Part shown: positions 33,103 to 41,858 of the stretch, in pieces
How the letters are laid out: the number at the start of each line of letters is the position of its first letter
Position numbering within the stretch: position 1 is the stretch's first letter
Sequence record: EU863408
DNA from: Escherichia phage JSE
Strand: one strand, 5' to 3'
DNA length: 64,000 bases
Translations under genes and position numbers: made by a program
Notes under the pieces: model-generated
What the model was told of the DNA's origin: nothing
Seen by the model: the letters and a program-made list of their open reading frames with translations, nothing else
Databases searched by the model: none

Positions 33103-33897
33103 ATGCTTAAAGAAATGCTGCTCGAAGAAGCAAAACAGATCACCGTAGACGTTGCTCTCGATGACCTGTTTGAATCCGTCGAACTGTCGCCGGAAGTAAA
33201 AGAAAATTTTGGTACTATCTACGCTCAGGCGGTAAAAGCTAATGCTGTTGCTCTGGCAGAAAGCCACATTGAAAAAATCGCCGCTAAAGCCGATGAACTG
33301 GTAGAATCAAAGGTCGAAGAAGCACGCACCGAGATTGAAACCAAACTGTACGAAGATGCAGATAAATTCCTGAATCACTTAGGCGCTAAATGGCTGGCAG
33401 AAAATAAAGAAGCCGTTACCCGTAATATTAAAGCGGATCTGTGCGAATCCCTGATTGGTTCTCTGAAAGATGTTTTCGTTACTCACAATGTTGTAGTGCC
33501 GGAAGAATCTGTAGACGTTGTTGCTGAACTTGACGAAGCACTCAAAGAAGAAAAAGAAAAAACCTCCGAACTCTTTGATGCCAAACTGCAACTTGAAAGC
33601 GAAATTCGTGGTATGAAGCGCGAACAAGCGATCAATGAAAGCACTCGTGATCTTTCCGATACTCAGAAAGAAAAAGTAACCGCGCTGATTGAAGGTCTGG
33701 AATATAGCGAAACTTTCGATAAGAAATTAACTGCAATTGTCGAAATGGTGGCTAAGAAAGAAGACAAACCAGCGAAGATTGAAGAATCACTAAATACTGA
33801 TGCCGACAAGCTGAATGTTATTGCAGAAGCTGTCGAAGAATCAGAGAAAAAAGCAACTGTAGATTCCGGCGTATCTCGCTACCTGAATTTCATCTAA
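33103..33897 (+). CDS. 22: prohead core scaffold protein gp22-like
   Basis: 264 aa; acidic, alpha-helical composition. Confidence 0.8.
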   Translation: MLKEMLLEEAKQITVDVALDDLFESVELSPEVKENFGTIYAQAVKANAVALAESHIEKIAAKADELVESKVEEARTEIETKLYEDADKFLNHLGAKWLAENKEAVTRNIKADLCESLIGSLKDVFVTHNVVVPEESVDVVAELDEALKEEKEKTSELFDAKLQLESEIRGMKREQAINESTRDLSDTQKEKVTALIEGLEYSETFDKKLTAIVEMVAKKEDKPAKIEESLNTDADKLNVIAEAVEESEKKATVDSGVSRYLNFI

Positions 33898-33913
33898 TGC
33901 AATTCAAATCTAC

Positions 33914-33922
33914 TAATAAATA
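33914..33922 (+). promoter_or_regulatory. late-promoter-like TAATAAATA upstream of gene 23
   Basis: 7/8 match to TATAAATA, about 35 nt before the ATG. Confidence 0.3.
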
Positions 33923-33955
33923 CTTTAGGTTAACAACAAACAAGGTTTAAAGAAC

Positions 33956-35542
33956 ATGAAAACTACCAAAGAACTGATGGAAAAATGGTCCCCGCTGCTG
34001 GAGAACGAAAAACTGCCGGAAATCGCAACTGCGTCTAAGCAGAAACTGGTTGCTAAAATTCTGGAATCTCAGGAAGCGGACTTTGCTGTAGATCCGATCT
34101 ATAAGGATGAAAAAGTTGTTGAAGCATTCGGTGGCTTTATCGCAGAAGCCGAAGTTGCTGGCGACCACGGTTATAACGCATCTAATATCGCGTCTGGTCA
34201 GACTACTGGTGCAATCACCAACGTAGGTCCGGCTGTTATCGGTATGGTTCGCCGTGCTATTCCTAACCTGATCGCATTTGATATTTGTGGTGTTCAGCCG
34301 ATGAGCACTCCGACTAGCCAGATCTTTGCAATCCGTTCTGTATACGGTGGCGACCCGCTGGCTGAACACGCTAAAGAAGCATTCCATCCGATGTACTCTC
34401 CGAATGCGTTCCATAGCTCTCTGGCTGCTAAAGATGCAACGACTGTTTCTCCTACTGGCACTGCGTTCCAGAAACTAACTCTCAGTACTCCGATTGCCGC
34501 AGGTGATATTGTACACCACACCTTCGCAGAAACTGGCATCGCATATCTGCAAAACGTTACCGCAGAACAAGTAACCCCGACCAAAGCTGACAGCGAGTCA
34601 GATGATGAAGTTGTCATGAAGCTGATGGAAGAAGGTAAACTGGCTGAAATCGCTTTCGGTATGGCTACTTCCATCGCTGAATTGCAGCAAGGGTTTAATG
34701 GTTCTCAGAATAACCCGTGGAACGAAATGTCAATGCGTATTGACAAACAGGTTGTTGAAGCGAAATCTCGCCAACTGAAAGCCCGTTATTCTATCGAAGT
34801 TGCGCAGGATCTGCGTGCTGTTCACGGTATGGATGCTGATGCTGAACTGAATGCTATCCTGGCTAACGAAGTTCTGCTGGAAATCAACCGTGAAATCGTT
34901 GACGTGATCAACTTTACCGCTCAGGTTGGTAAAACTGGTATGACTCAGACCGTTGGTTCTAAAGCTGGTGTATTTGACCTGCAAGACCCGATTGATACTC
35001 GCGGTGCTCGTTGGGCTGGTGAATCCTTCAAGTCTCTGATCTACCAGATCGACAAAGAAGCTGCTGAAATCGCTCGTCAGACTGGTCGCGGTGCTGGTAA
35101 CTTTGTTATCGCTTCCCGTAACGTTGTAAACATTCTGGCTTCTGCTGATCAGGGTATCAGTCTTGCTATGCAGGGTGCTGCACAGGGTCTGAATACCGAC
35201 ACCACTAAAGCTGTTTTCGCTGGTGTTCTGGCTGGTAAGTACAAAGTATTCATCGACCAGTATGCTCGTCAGGACTACTTCACCGTAGGTTACAAAGGCG
35301 ATAACGAAATGGATGCTGGTATCTACTATGCTCCGTATGTTGCTCTGACTCCGCTGCGTGCAACTGATCCGCAGTCTTTCCACCCGGTTCTGGGCTTCAA
35401 GACTCGCTACGGCATCGGCATCAACCCGTTTGCTGACAGCAAATCCCAGGCGCCGTCCGCTCGCATCACCTCCGGTATGTTGAGCAAAGACAGCGTAGGT
35501 AAAAACGCATACTTCCGTCGTGTATGGGTTAAAGGTTGCTAA
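33956..35542 (+). CDS. 23: major capsid protein gp23-like
   Basis: 528 aa; strongly biased codon usage typical of a highly expressed gene. Confidence 0.9.
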   Translation: MKTTKELMEKWSPLLENEKLPEIATASKQKLVAKILESQEADFAVDPIYKDEKVVEAFGGFIAEAEVAGDHGYNASNIASGQTTGAITNVGPAVIGMVRRAIPNLIAFDICGVQPMSTPTSQIFAIRSVYGGDPLAEHAKEAFHPMYSPNAFHSSLAAKDATTVSPTGTAFQKLTLSTPIAAGDIVHHTFAETGIAYLQNVTAEQVTPTKADSESDDEVVMKLMEEGKLAEIAFGMATSIAELQQGFNGSQNNPWNEMSMRIDKQVVEAKSRQLKARYSIEVAQDLRAVHGMDADAELNAILANEVLLEINREIVDVINFTAQVGKTGMTQTVGSKAGVFDLQDPIDTRGARWAGESFKSLIYQIDKEAAEIARQTGRGAGNFVIASRNVVNILASADQGISLAMQGAAQGLNTDTTKAVFAGVLAGKYKVFIDQYARQDYFTVGYKGDNEMDAGIYYAPYVALTPLRATDPQSFHPVLGFKTRYGIGINPFADSKSQAPSARITSGMLSKDSVGKNAYFRRVWVKGC

Positions 35543-35626
35543 TATAAGCCATTCCTGAAAACTCCGGTCGGGTGCAATACCCGACTTATCATAAACCTTA
35601 TGACAGTGTAAAGTGTTAATTCCAAA

Positions 35627-35656
35627 GGGAAGACTCGAAAGGGTCTTCCCTTTTTG
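35627..35656 (+). terminator. intrinsic terminator after gene 23
   Basis: GGGAAGACTC-gaaa-GGGTCTTCCC followed by TTTTT. Confidence 0.65.
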
Positions 35657-35943
35657 CGTATTATAACCCGTCATAAATAAGGTTGCAAGCCTATACTCTA
35701 TTGGGAGCTAAAATAGATATACACAACAAACAATTCCACCAATTTTCGTAGTAACTGCATGGCAAAGGGACCAATGAATGAAATGAGCGTTCATGTTGAT
35801 ATTGGGTCGGATAGATTTGGTAGATATACAGATCTGGTGTATGCCGACCTTGTTATGACATTCCAGCGTGACGCTAGCGGTAATTTTGGTTTTGGTACGC
35901 TGTTCCCTGAATTAACCCCAAATTCTCCATAAGGAGGAAATGC

Positions 35944-36096
35944 ATGAGTAAGAAAGAAAACAGCTATGTTATGACTCGTAAGGAATACAACGAATTGATG
36001 TTAGCATTAGCTTATGCAATTATTCGTTCTGATCATGCAATTAATCTGGTAAACAAAGTTAACCGTAGCGTTGATAATGTTTCTAGGAAGAAGTAA
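35944..36096 (+). CDS. hypothetical small protein (50 aa)
   Basis: AAGGAGG 6 nt before ATG; followed by the hairpin at 36106-36132; below the 60-aa ORF cutoff. Confidence 0.35.
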   Translation: MSKKENSYVMTRKEYNELMLALAYAIIRSDHAINLVNKVNRSVDNVSRKK

Positions 36097-36105
36097 GTTT
36101 ATTTT

Positions 36106-36132
36106 GGAATCCTTCGGATTCCTTTTTCTTTT
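36106..36132 (+). terminator. intrinsic terminator
   Basis: GGAATCC-ttc-GGATTCC followed by TTTTTCTTTTT. Confidence 0.6.
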
Positions 36133-36134
36133 TG

Positions 36135-36142
36135 TATAAATA
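36135..36142 (+). promoter_or_regulatory. late promoter TATAAATA upstream of gene 24
   Basis: exact TATAAATA 37 nt before the ATG at 36180. Confidence 0.5.
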
Positions 36143-36179
36143 TGATATATCCATTAAGGCAAATACAGGATTCATAAAC

Positions 36180-37421
36180 ATGACTCATATTTTTACTGAA
36201 CTGTTGCGGGAATCTACTTCCTCAGTAGCTAACCAGACAGCGCGACCGCAACTATTATCATTAACTCGCGCGGTAAACAACCTGATTTTCTCTGATCTGG
36301 TAGCAATCCAGCCAACGGATCAACCAGTATCTGCATTGTACGGCCTACGTTATCTTAATCGTGATGGTCAGATGACTTTCCGAACTGCTACAACCTACGG
36401 TGGCGCGGCTGGTGATCGCACAGAGATTGAAGAGTTTTCAAAAGAAAAATCTTATGACGAAGGCGCACTGTTCAAATCAGACAATGTTGTATACGAAGTT
36501 GTGACCGCTGGTACAGTCGGTGCAGATGCCGAAACTCCAGAAGCTGCAATCTTTAAAGGCATAATGACAAACAAAATTCGTTTCTATAGCGATTGTGCAT
36601 CGGTAGAATACTTTGAAGATAAAAACACCGAAATTTCGTCTACCTCTATGCAGTTTGATAAATGGCAGGTTAATGTAGGTTCTCGTAAACTGAAAACCTC
36701 ATTCACGACCGAATTGATGCAGGATCTTGAGGCAAGCCAAATCAACTCTGAAAACTCTGTAATTGATCTTCTGGCTACGATCGCTTCAGAAGAGATCAAC
36801 AAAGATATTATTCAGAAGTTGATCACTGTATCATCTCGCTATAAAATTAAAGGGATCACCCCTGACGGCGTACTTTCTCTCGTTAGCGTTCAGGATGCAC
36901 CAGCACAAGCGCGTGAACTTTACCGCTATGCTTGCGAAATGAGCAATCAAATGTTGCGGACTTCCTCCTTTTCTGGTACATACGTTTTGGCGTCTTCTCG
37001 CGTGGTTGGCCTCCTACAATCTACCGGATGGATGGAAGAAACCGACAATGCTCTAAGCGAAGGTCGTCTACGTTGCGGTCTGGAAGTGTACGCAGACACG
37101 ACAGCACCTTTCGATTATATGCTCGTTGGTTGTAAGCACATGATCGGTGATATGGAGAGTGTAGGTTCTCTGTTCTACTCCCCATATACAGAAGCCGACG
37201 GCGCTGGCGCGTATAAGAGTGTAATTGACCCTAATAGCTTCCAGCATCATGTAGCTATTATGAATCGTTATTCACTCTCTGTCAACCCATATACATCAAA
37301 AGTTGATCAGGAAGAACACCAGGTCATCAAGGGTGACGATTGGGGTAAAATGGCTGGACGTTCAGAAATGTCCTACATTTTAGGAATCGAACTGCCACCG
37401 CTTGAGATTGACAACGCTTAA
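36180..37421 (+). CDS. 24: head vertex protein gp24-like
   Basis: 413 aa from internal ATG (MTHIFTELL); lies after the late promoter; gp23 paralog position. Confidence 0.8.
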   Translation: MTHIFTELLRESTSSVANQTARPQLLSLTRAVNNLIFSDLVAIQPTDQPVSALYGLRYLNRDGQMTFRTATTYGGAAGDRTEIEEFSKEKSYDEGALFKSDNVVYEVVTAGTVGADAETPEAAIFKGIMTNKIRFYSDCASVEYFEDKNTEISSTSMQFDKWQVNVGSRKLKTSFTTELMQDLEASQINSENSVIDLLATIASEEINKDIIQKLITVSSRYKIKGITPDGVLSLVSVQDAPAQARELYRYACEMSNQMLRTSSFSGTYVLASSRVVGLLQSTGWMEETDNALSEGRLRCGLEVYADTTAPFDYMLVGCKHMIGDMESVGSLFYSPYTEADGAGAYKSVIDPNSFQHHVAIMNRYSLSVNPYTSKVDQEEHQVIKGDDWGKMAGRSEMSYILGIELPPLEIDNA

Positions 37422-38009
37422 CTAAATATCTAACCAAGACAAGTCAGATCCGCCCAAGATTTTTTCGACGGCGGATCTATTTTCTTGATGATATAAGTTA
37501 AAACATGGTATCCCATGTCTACGGGCAACATAAACAGCAATTCTAGTTCCTCCCGAAACGATTCCATTAACTTCTTTCGCCCAGAATATCACACAATCTA
37601 CAGGATCATCAAGTGTCTCACCTAAGACTTGAGCAACATTTCTAGAAAACAGATTTTGCATGTATAACGGTATAGAACGAGGATTATCATAAACGTGTTC
37701 TAATTCATCCATCGCCAGATTTTTTTGTTCTAAGGTTTGCCATGCAATAACATCATGACCGTTATGCTTGTGGTCATAAAACTTCCAATTTGGAATGAAA
37801 ATTTTTCTATAATCTGGATCGTAATACTTCATGAAAGCATTGTCCATACCGTAAGCCCCTCCAGAATGCGCTACAACGCGATTTTCTGACAATACCCTCC
37901 CAATGGTACTAGCCATTATCAAAATGTCGCTAGGCGCTTTTCTAGAGCCTATTAAAGCACATCTACGAAGTGGTTTTACTCCAAATAGATCTTGTAACTG
38001 GTCAAACAT
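37422..38009 (-). CDS. DprA/Smf-like (SLOG-family) Rossmann-fold protein
   Basis: 195 aa; ALIGSRKAPSDI...VVAHSGGAYGMDNAF and C-terminal VSGGTRIAVYVARRHGIPCF resemble DprA motifs. Confidence 0.4.
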   Translation of the reverse strand: MFDQLQDLFGVKPLRRCALIGSRKAPSDILIMASTIGRVLSENRVVAHSGGAYGMDNAFMKYYDPDYRKIFIPNWKFYDHKHNGHDVIAWQTLEQKNLAMDELEHVYDNPRSIPLYMQNLFSRNVAQVLGETLDDPVDCVIFWAKEVNGIVSGGTRIAVYVARRHGIPCFNLYHQENRSAVEKILGGSDLSWLDI

Positions 38010-38390
38010 AATATTTCCTCCATAGAAAGCAATATCATACTACAAGTTAATAACAAATACAAGTATCCGCGTAGCGGAAGCGAGCACAGCGAGCAATAAA
38101 ACACTTCCAGTAATTGATTAATAAATGTTCGAAACAAATTTTTATTATTCTATAAGATAAGTCTTCGTTTTGATCATAATTTAATCACACATGTAAAAAC
38201 TACACAAAAGGATATCGCTTCGCGAACTCCTACGGAGTATAACATTTGTGTTACAATATGTAGTGATTAATAATTAACCAAAGATACATTTTCTATGTTC
38301 TAAAGATCTTTCTTCGTTTTGATCATAATTTAATCAAACAGTATTAATATTGTGCACATGTAAACTAAAATTATGTTAATAACAGATAAC

Positions 38391-38416
38391 AAAAAACGCC
38401 GACCCGAAGGACGGCT
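38391..38416 (-). terminator. intrinsic terminator (minus strand)
   Basis: minus-strand GCCGTCC-ttcg-GGTCGGC followed by GTTTTTT. Confidence 0.55.
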
Positions 38417-38424
38417 AATGTTAA

Positions 38425-38862
38425 TTATTTGTTGATAACGATCTGATTTCGGCGAATGGTAACATTACTCTTAGAGATGATCAGATCATCCGGCACTACG
38501 TTAGTTTTGTATGGCTGGAAGCGAACAAGCATCTGATTGCGTTTAGACCCTTCCTTAATCTTGATTTCCATCTGGATATTGTTGCCTACGTGAGCAACCG
38601 CAATTTCACCTTTATTCTCATAGACCCACTTGCTGGTAACGTCTCCTGCAAAAGCCTTAATAACTTGCAATGCTTCGTCGTATGCGGTAGAGCTGTGAAC
38701 TTTCAGAAGGCCAGCCGTAGCAAGACGGGAGCAGGTGATCGCCGGAGATTGCCAAACATCAACATTAATTTGCTCAATCAGAGTAACACCGCCCTGATCA
38801 ACTGCTTTGAATGCTTCGAACATTGCCTTTTTCATTGCTACGTGGTTTTTACGGAATTTCAT
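38425..38862 (-). CDS. hypothetical protein
   Basis: 145 aa ORF. Confidence 0.5.
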   Translation of the reverse strand: MKFRKNHVAMKKAMFEAFKAVDQGGVTLIEQINVDVWQSPAITCSRLATAGLLKVHSSTAYDEALQVIKAFAGDVTSKWVYENKGEIAVAHVGNNIQMEIKIKEGSKRNQMLVRFQPYKTNVVPDDLIISKSNVTIRRNQIVINK

Positions 38863-38908
38863 AATTAGTCACCTCTATTGATTAGTTATTCAGAATATTA
38901 ATTACAAA

Positions 38909-39184
38909 TCAGGACATTGCCCGTTTGAATGCGTCCATTATAACAGTGTTATTTGGCTTGTCAACACGTTTTTGAACTTTATTTTTAAATTTTTTGTTGA
39001 TGTGGTGTTTACGATAAACAACCTTTTCACGGCTGGCGTAAGCCTCGCGTGCATCTTTTACCATCAACCATGCCTTAGCCGCATCTTGTCCGCTGATCCC
39101 GCCAATCTTCTTAGCAATATCAACAAAATTAAGACCGTGGTCTTCGCGTAGCATGTAAACCATTAACGCTGTTTTCTTGTCCAT
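38909..39184 (-). CDS. hypothetical protein (91 aa from internal start)
   Basis: ATG overlaps the stop of the upstream small gene (TGATG). Confidence 0.4.
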   Translation of the reverse strand: MDKKTALMVYMLREDHGLNFVDIAKKIGGISGQDAAKAWLMVKDAREAYASREKVVYRKHHINKKFKNKVQKRVDKPNNTVIMDAFKRAMS

Positions 39185-39381
39185 CACTTCGCCCCATTGA
39201 CGATTAACAGGATAGTGATCAGTACCGGAAACTGGATCATGACAGTACCAATAAACCGGATAAACGCATTTTCTGACTTCCACACATGACATGCGACTAG
39301 CTGATAGACCATTGTTGCAACCAAAGCCAGAAAATACATCTCGATTGGTGCTTCTTTGATCAATCGTACAATCTCATTCAT
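39184..39381 (-). CDS. small hydrophobic (membrane) protein
   Basis: 65 aa with two hydrophobic stretches. Confidence 0.4.
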   Translation of the reverse strand: MNEIVRLIKEAPIEMYFLALVATMVYQLVACHVWKSENAFIRFIGTVMIQFPVLITILLIVNGAK

Positions 39382-39508
39382 ACTTCACCTCATACATTCA
39401 TAAACACAACAACGAATAATACAGTAACAGTTATCAACGCCATTTTCAACCCCATATTCATAATATTTTCTTCGCCTCACTATGGACAGTAGCATGTCGA
39501 TGCGTGCC

Positions 39509-39536
39509 ATTATAGGCATCTAAATCGCTCTGTCAA
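39509..39536 (-). promoter_or_regulatory. consensus sigma70-type early promoter (minus strand)
   Basis: minus-strand TTGACA-N16-TATAAT. Confidence 0.5.
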
Positions 39537-39540
39537 GCAC

Positions 39541-39572
39541 AAAAACAAAAAAGCCACCCCGAAGGATGGCTG
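39541..39572 (-). terminator. intrinsic terminator after hoc
   Basis: minus-strand GCCATCC-ttcg-GGGTGGC followed by TTTTTTGTTTTT. Confidence 0.6.
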
Positions 39573-39582
39573 ATAGATTTCA

Positions 39583-40797
39583 TTAAGCAGGATGCGTTTC
39601 ACGAATGCGTAGAACTCGCTCTAACGTATCTCGGTCCAGTTTATGTAAATCTTTGGAATGATACATGAAACCATTGCGAGATTCCATGCAAGTGCAATCA
39701 CTATATTGTTCTTCCGCTGCCGCGATTGTCTCCAGATCTTTGGCGTACTTGCTGGTTGAATAAACTTCTCGATCACGCCACTCTAACCCAGCCTCATTGA
39801 ATTTAACAATCTCGTCAAATACCCACCATCCAATGTAGATAAATGAAGTTTTGCGCCACGGGATCGGGTGTACGTAACGAAACATTTTAACAACTTCCAT
39901 TGAACATTTTCGGCTTGTACTTGCTGCAACTTCTACTGTTTCATCTTCGATCTGTTGATATAGTTTAGCAACACACCAGAATTTGGCTGTGTCATCGTAA
40001 GTAGCACTCTCTTTGAACAGATGACCGTCTGGCATGATAGAAAATCCTTCCAGTGCTTCGCCGTCCTCACTACCGATTAGAGTCGGTGACAGTTGCCCTT
40101 CGCGCTGCAAATACCAGTTATGTTTGATCGTCAATTCAGGCATACCGCTAGAATCGCCTACAATGTCCTCTGACACAACATAATTAAGTAAGATCTCATT
40201 ACCTAGTGCCACGGTCTTTGATTCCACCACATCCTGTTCTACGTTCATTGTTGCCAGCATGATTTTAGTCGATGCGCTATCGGCTGAATTTTCCGACTCA
40301 CCCCACACTTTTACAGTATACACGCCGTTTTTATCTGCTGTAAATTTTTTGATTGTAGTATTCTGTTTTGTGTCTATAACTTCTTCGCCCTTACTCCAAC
40401 TATAATGTAGTTCATAGTTGTCTGCTGGAGTCTTCCCACCCGAAAAATTTACTGTTGCATGTAATTCTACGTCTTTTTGTGATGATACGTAGAAATGCGG
40501 CGGTTCGGTGATATTTACGATTAATTCCGCTTCTTCCATGAGGAAAACTTCAGATTCTACTGATTCCATCGTATCAGTATCTTGTACCTTGACTTTATAG
40601 CTACCCGCATTTTCACTTGTTGCGCCTTCTACAGTTAGCGTAGCTGTGTTATTTTCATGCTGTTGGTCGTCTTTTGTCCATGTATATGTCAAATTGCTTG
40701 GTAATGGTTCGTCACCCGCTAAAGTCGCCGTTAAGGTGAAACCATCTCCAGCAAGAAAACATCTTTTGTTAGATTGTATTGATACTGTGAAAGCCAT
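39583..40797 (-). CDS. hoc: Hoc-like outer capsid decoration protein with Ig-like domains
   Basis: 404 aa; repeated Ig-like segments (YTWTKD...AGSYKVKV; YSWSKG...GVYTVKV). Confidence 0.65.
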   Translation of the reverse strand: MAFTVSIQSNKRCFLAGDGFTLTATLAGDEPLPSNLTYTWTKDDQQHENNTATLTVEGATSENAGSYKVKVQDTDTMESVESEVFLMEEAELIVNITEPPHFYVSSQKDVELHATVNFSGGKTPADNYELHYSWSKGEEVIDTKQNTTIKKFTADKNGVYTVKVWGESENSADSASTKIMLATMNVEQDVVESKTVALGNEILLNYVVSEDIVGDSSGMPELTIKHNWYLQREGQLSPTLIGSEDGEALEGFSIMPDGHLFKESATYDDTAKFWCVAKLYQQIEDETVEVAASTSRKCSMEVVKMFRYVHPIPWRKTSFIYIGWWVFDEIVKFNEAGLEWRDREVYSTSKYAKDLETIAAAEEQYSDCTCMESRNGFMYHSKDLHKLDRDTLERVLRIRETHPA

Positions 40798-40966
40798 ATA
40801 AAGCCACTCCCATAGAAAATCCGAATTTAATTAATTGAAATAGTTGATTGCCATCAACCAGATAACCATTGCGATATTCCAATACATGAGTATTAGAATA
40901 GTGATGCAACGAGGCCGAAATAGTCTCGATCTCGTCTGGGTATTTGTTCTGTTTGATGTAATACAT
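40769..40966 (-). CDS. hypothetical small ORF upstream of hoc (frame uncertain)
   Basis: 65-aa ORF overlapping the hoc start; an alternative ATG with GAGGA opens a 29-codon frame. Confidence 0.25.
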   Translation of the reverse strand: MYYIKQNKYPDEIETISASLHHYSNTHVLEYRNGYLVDGNQLFQLIKFGFSMGVALYGFHSINTI

Positions 40967-41062
40967 TGATTTTGTTAGGCATGTAGTATCCTCTTTTTAA
41001 TTGCATAACGGAACTACAATTAAAATTATAACAAATATTTCACAACTTTTATCACCCAAAAA

Positions 41063-41788
41063 TTACTTGAGTGTGTGGAATTGGCTATGTTTAGTCTCTC
41101 GCACCTTGACAGACCCATCGCGTTTGATATAATAGATCAGTGACTTGAGGGTGTCGTGTACATACGCGTGCGGGAAACGTTCTGGATACTTCTTCCAATC
41201 TGGAGTATTAACGATCCAGTCGAAAATCCACCACGGGCAGGAGTAGTAACCACGACCGCCACCGATCAAGCAAATGGTCGGACGGAAGCCAGTAAGATCG
41301 CAAAATGAATCAGTGTCATGTGCTAGGGAACGATGCTCTGCTTCGTCAGAGAAAATGTTTGCTACCGGAGATTTCACTTTAACTTCCGGTGCTTCTTCAA
41401 CATCTGACTTAACTTCTTCGACCACTGGTTCAACTGCTGGAGATTCTTCTTTTGTTTCTTCAATGACGATCTCAGGTTCTTTCATTGCTTCAACCAGAGA
41501 CGGATCAACTTCGTCGAATACTATTTTATCATCTGCGGTGTCTGCTGCCAGAATAAGATCGTTAATACTGGTTCCTTCTGCCGGAGTTTCTTCTTCCATT
41601 TCGGAAGCCAGTTTAGTTAATTCGGTTTCTACGAACTCGATCATGTTCTCTAGTGATAAAGTCTTTTTGACCTTAATATCAAATTGTTTTGCGTAGTCAG
41701 CTAATTCTGTTTTAGCTGTTTTCTGTGCTTCTTTGTCGTCGGACGCCGCAATAGCGCGGAGTTCTTCGAAATATTCTTTATCAAACAT
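41063..41788 (-). CDS. hypothetical acidic protein; positionally Inh-like
   Basis: 241 aa; acidic N-terminal half; lies between hoc and uvsW as T4 inh does. Confidence 0.35.
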   Translation of the reverse strand: MFDKEYFEELRAIAASDDKEAQKTAKTELADYAKQFDIKVKKTLSLENMIEFVETELTKLASEMEEETPAEGTSINDLILAADTADDKIVFDEVDPSLVEAMKEPEIVIEETKEESPAVEPVVEEVKSDVEEAPEVKVKSPVANIFSDEAEHRSLAHDTDSFCDLTGFRPTICLIGGGRGYYSCPWWIFDWIVNTPDWKKYPERFPHAYVHDTLKSLIYYIKRDGSVKVRETKHSQFHTLK

Positions 41789-41814
41789 GTTATTCTCCTG
41801 ATTGGGGGTGTTTG

Positions 41815-41822
41815 TATAAATA
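41815..41822 (+). promoter_or_regulatory. late promoter TATAAATA upstream of uvsW
   Basis: exact TATAAATA 36 nt before the ATG at 41859. Confidence 0.45.
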
Positions 41823-41858
41823 TTTGTATACTGTATTTATTGAGTGAGGCTATTCGCT

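Noticed and set aside
34730-35674. 314-aa ORF on the minus strand
   Set aside because: Lies entirely antisense within the major capsid gene 23; no RBS; low-complexity translation.
38010-38424. Possible tRNA or other structured RNA gene in the large intergenic region
   Set aside because: No cloverleaf with conserved tRNA features could be traced by eye; only direct repeats are evident. An RNA product is not excluded.
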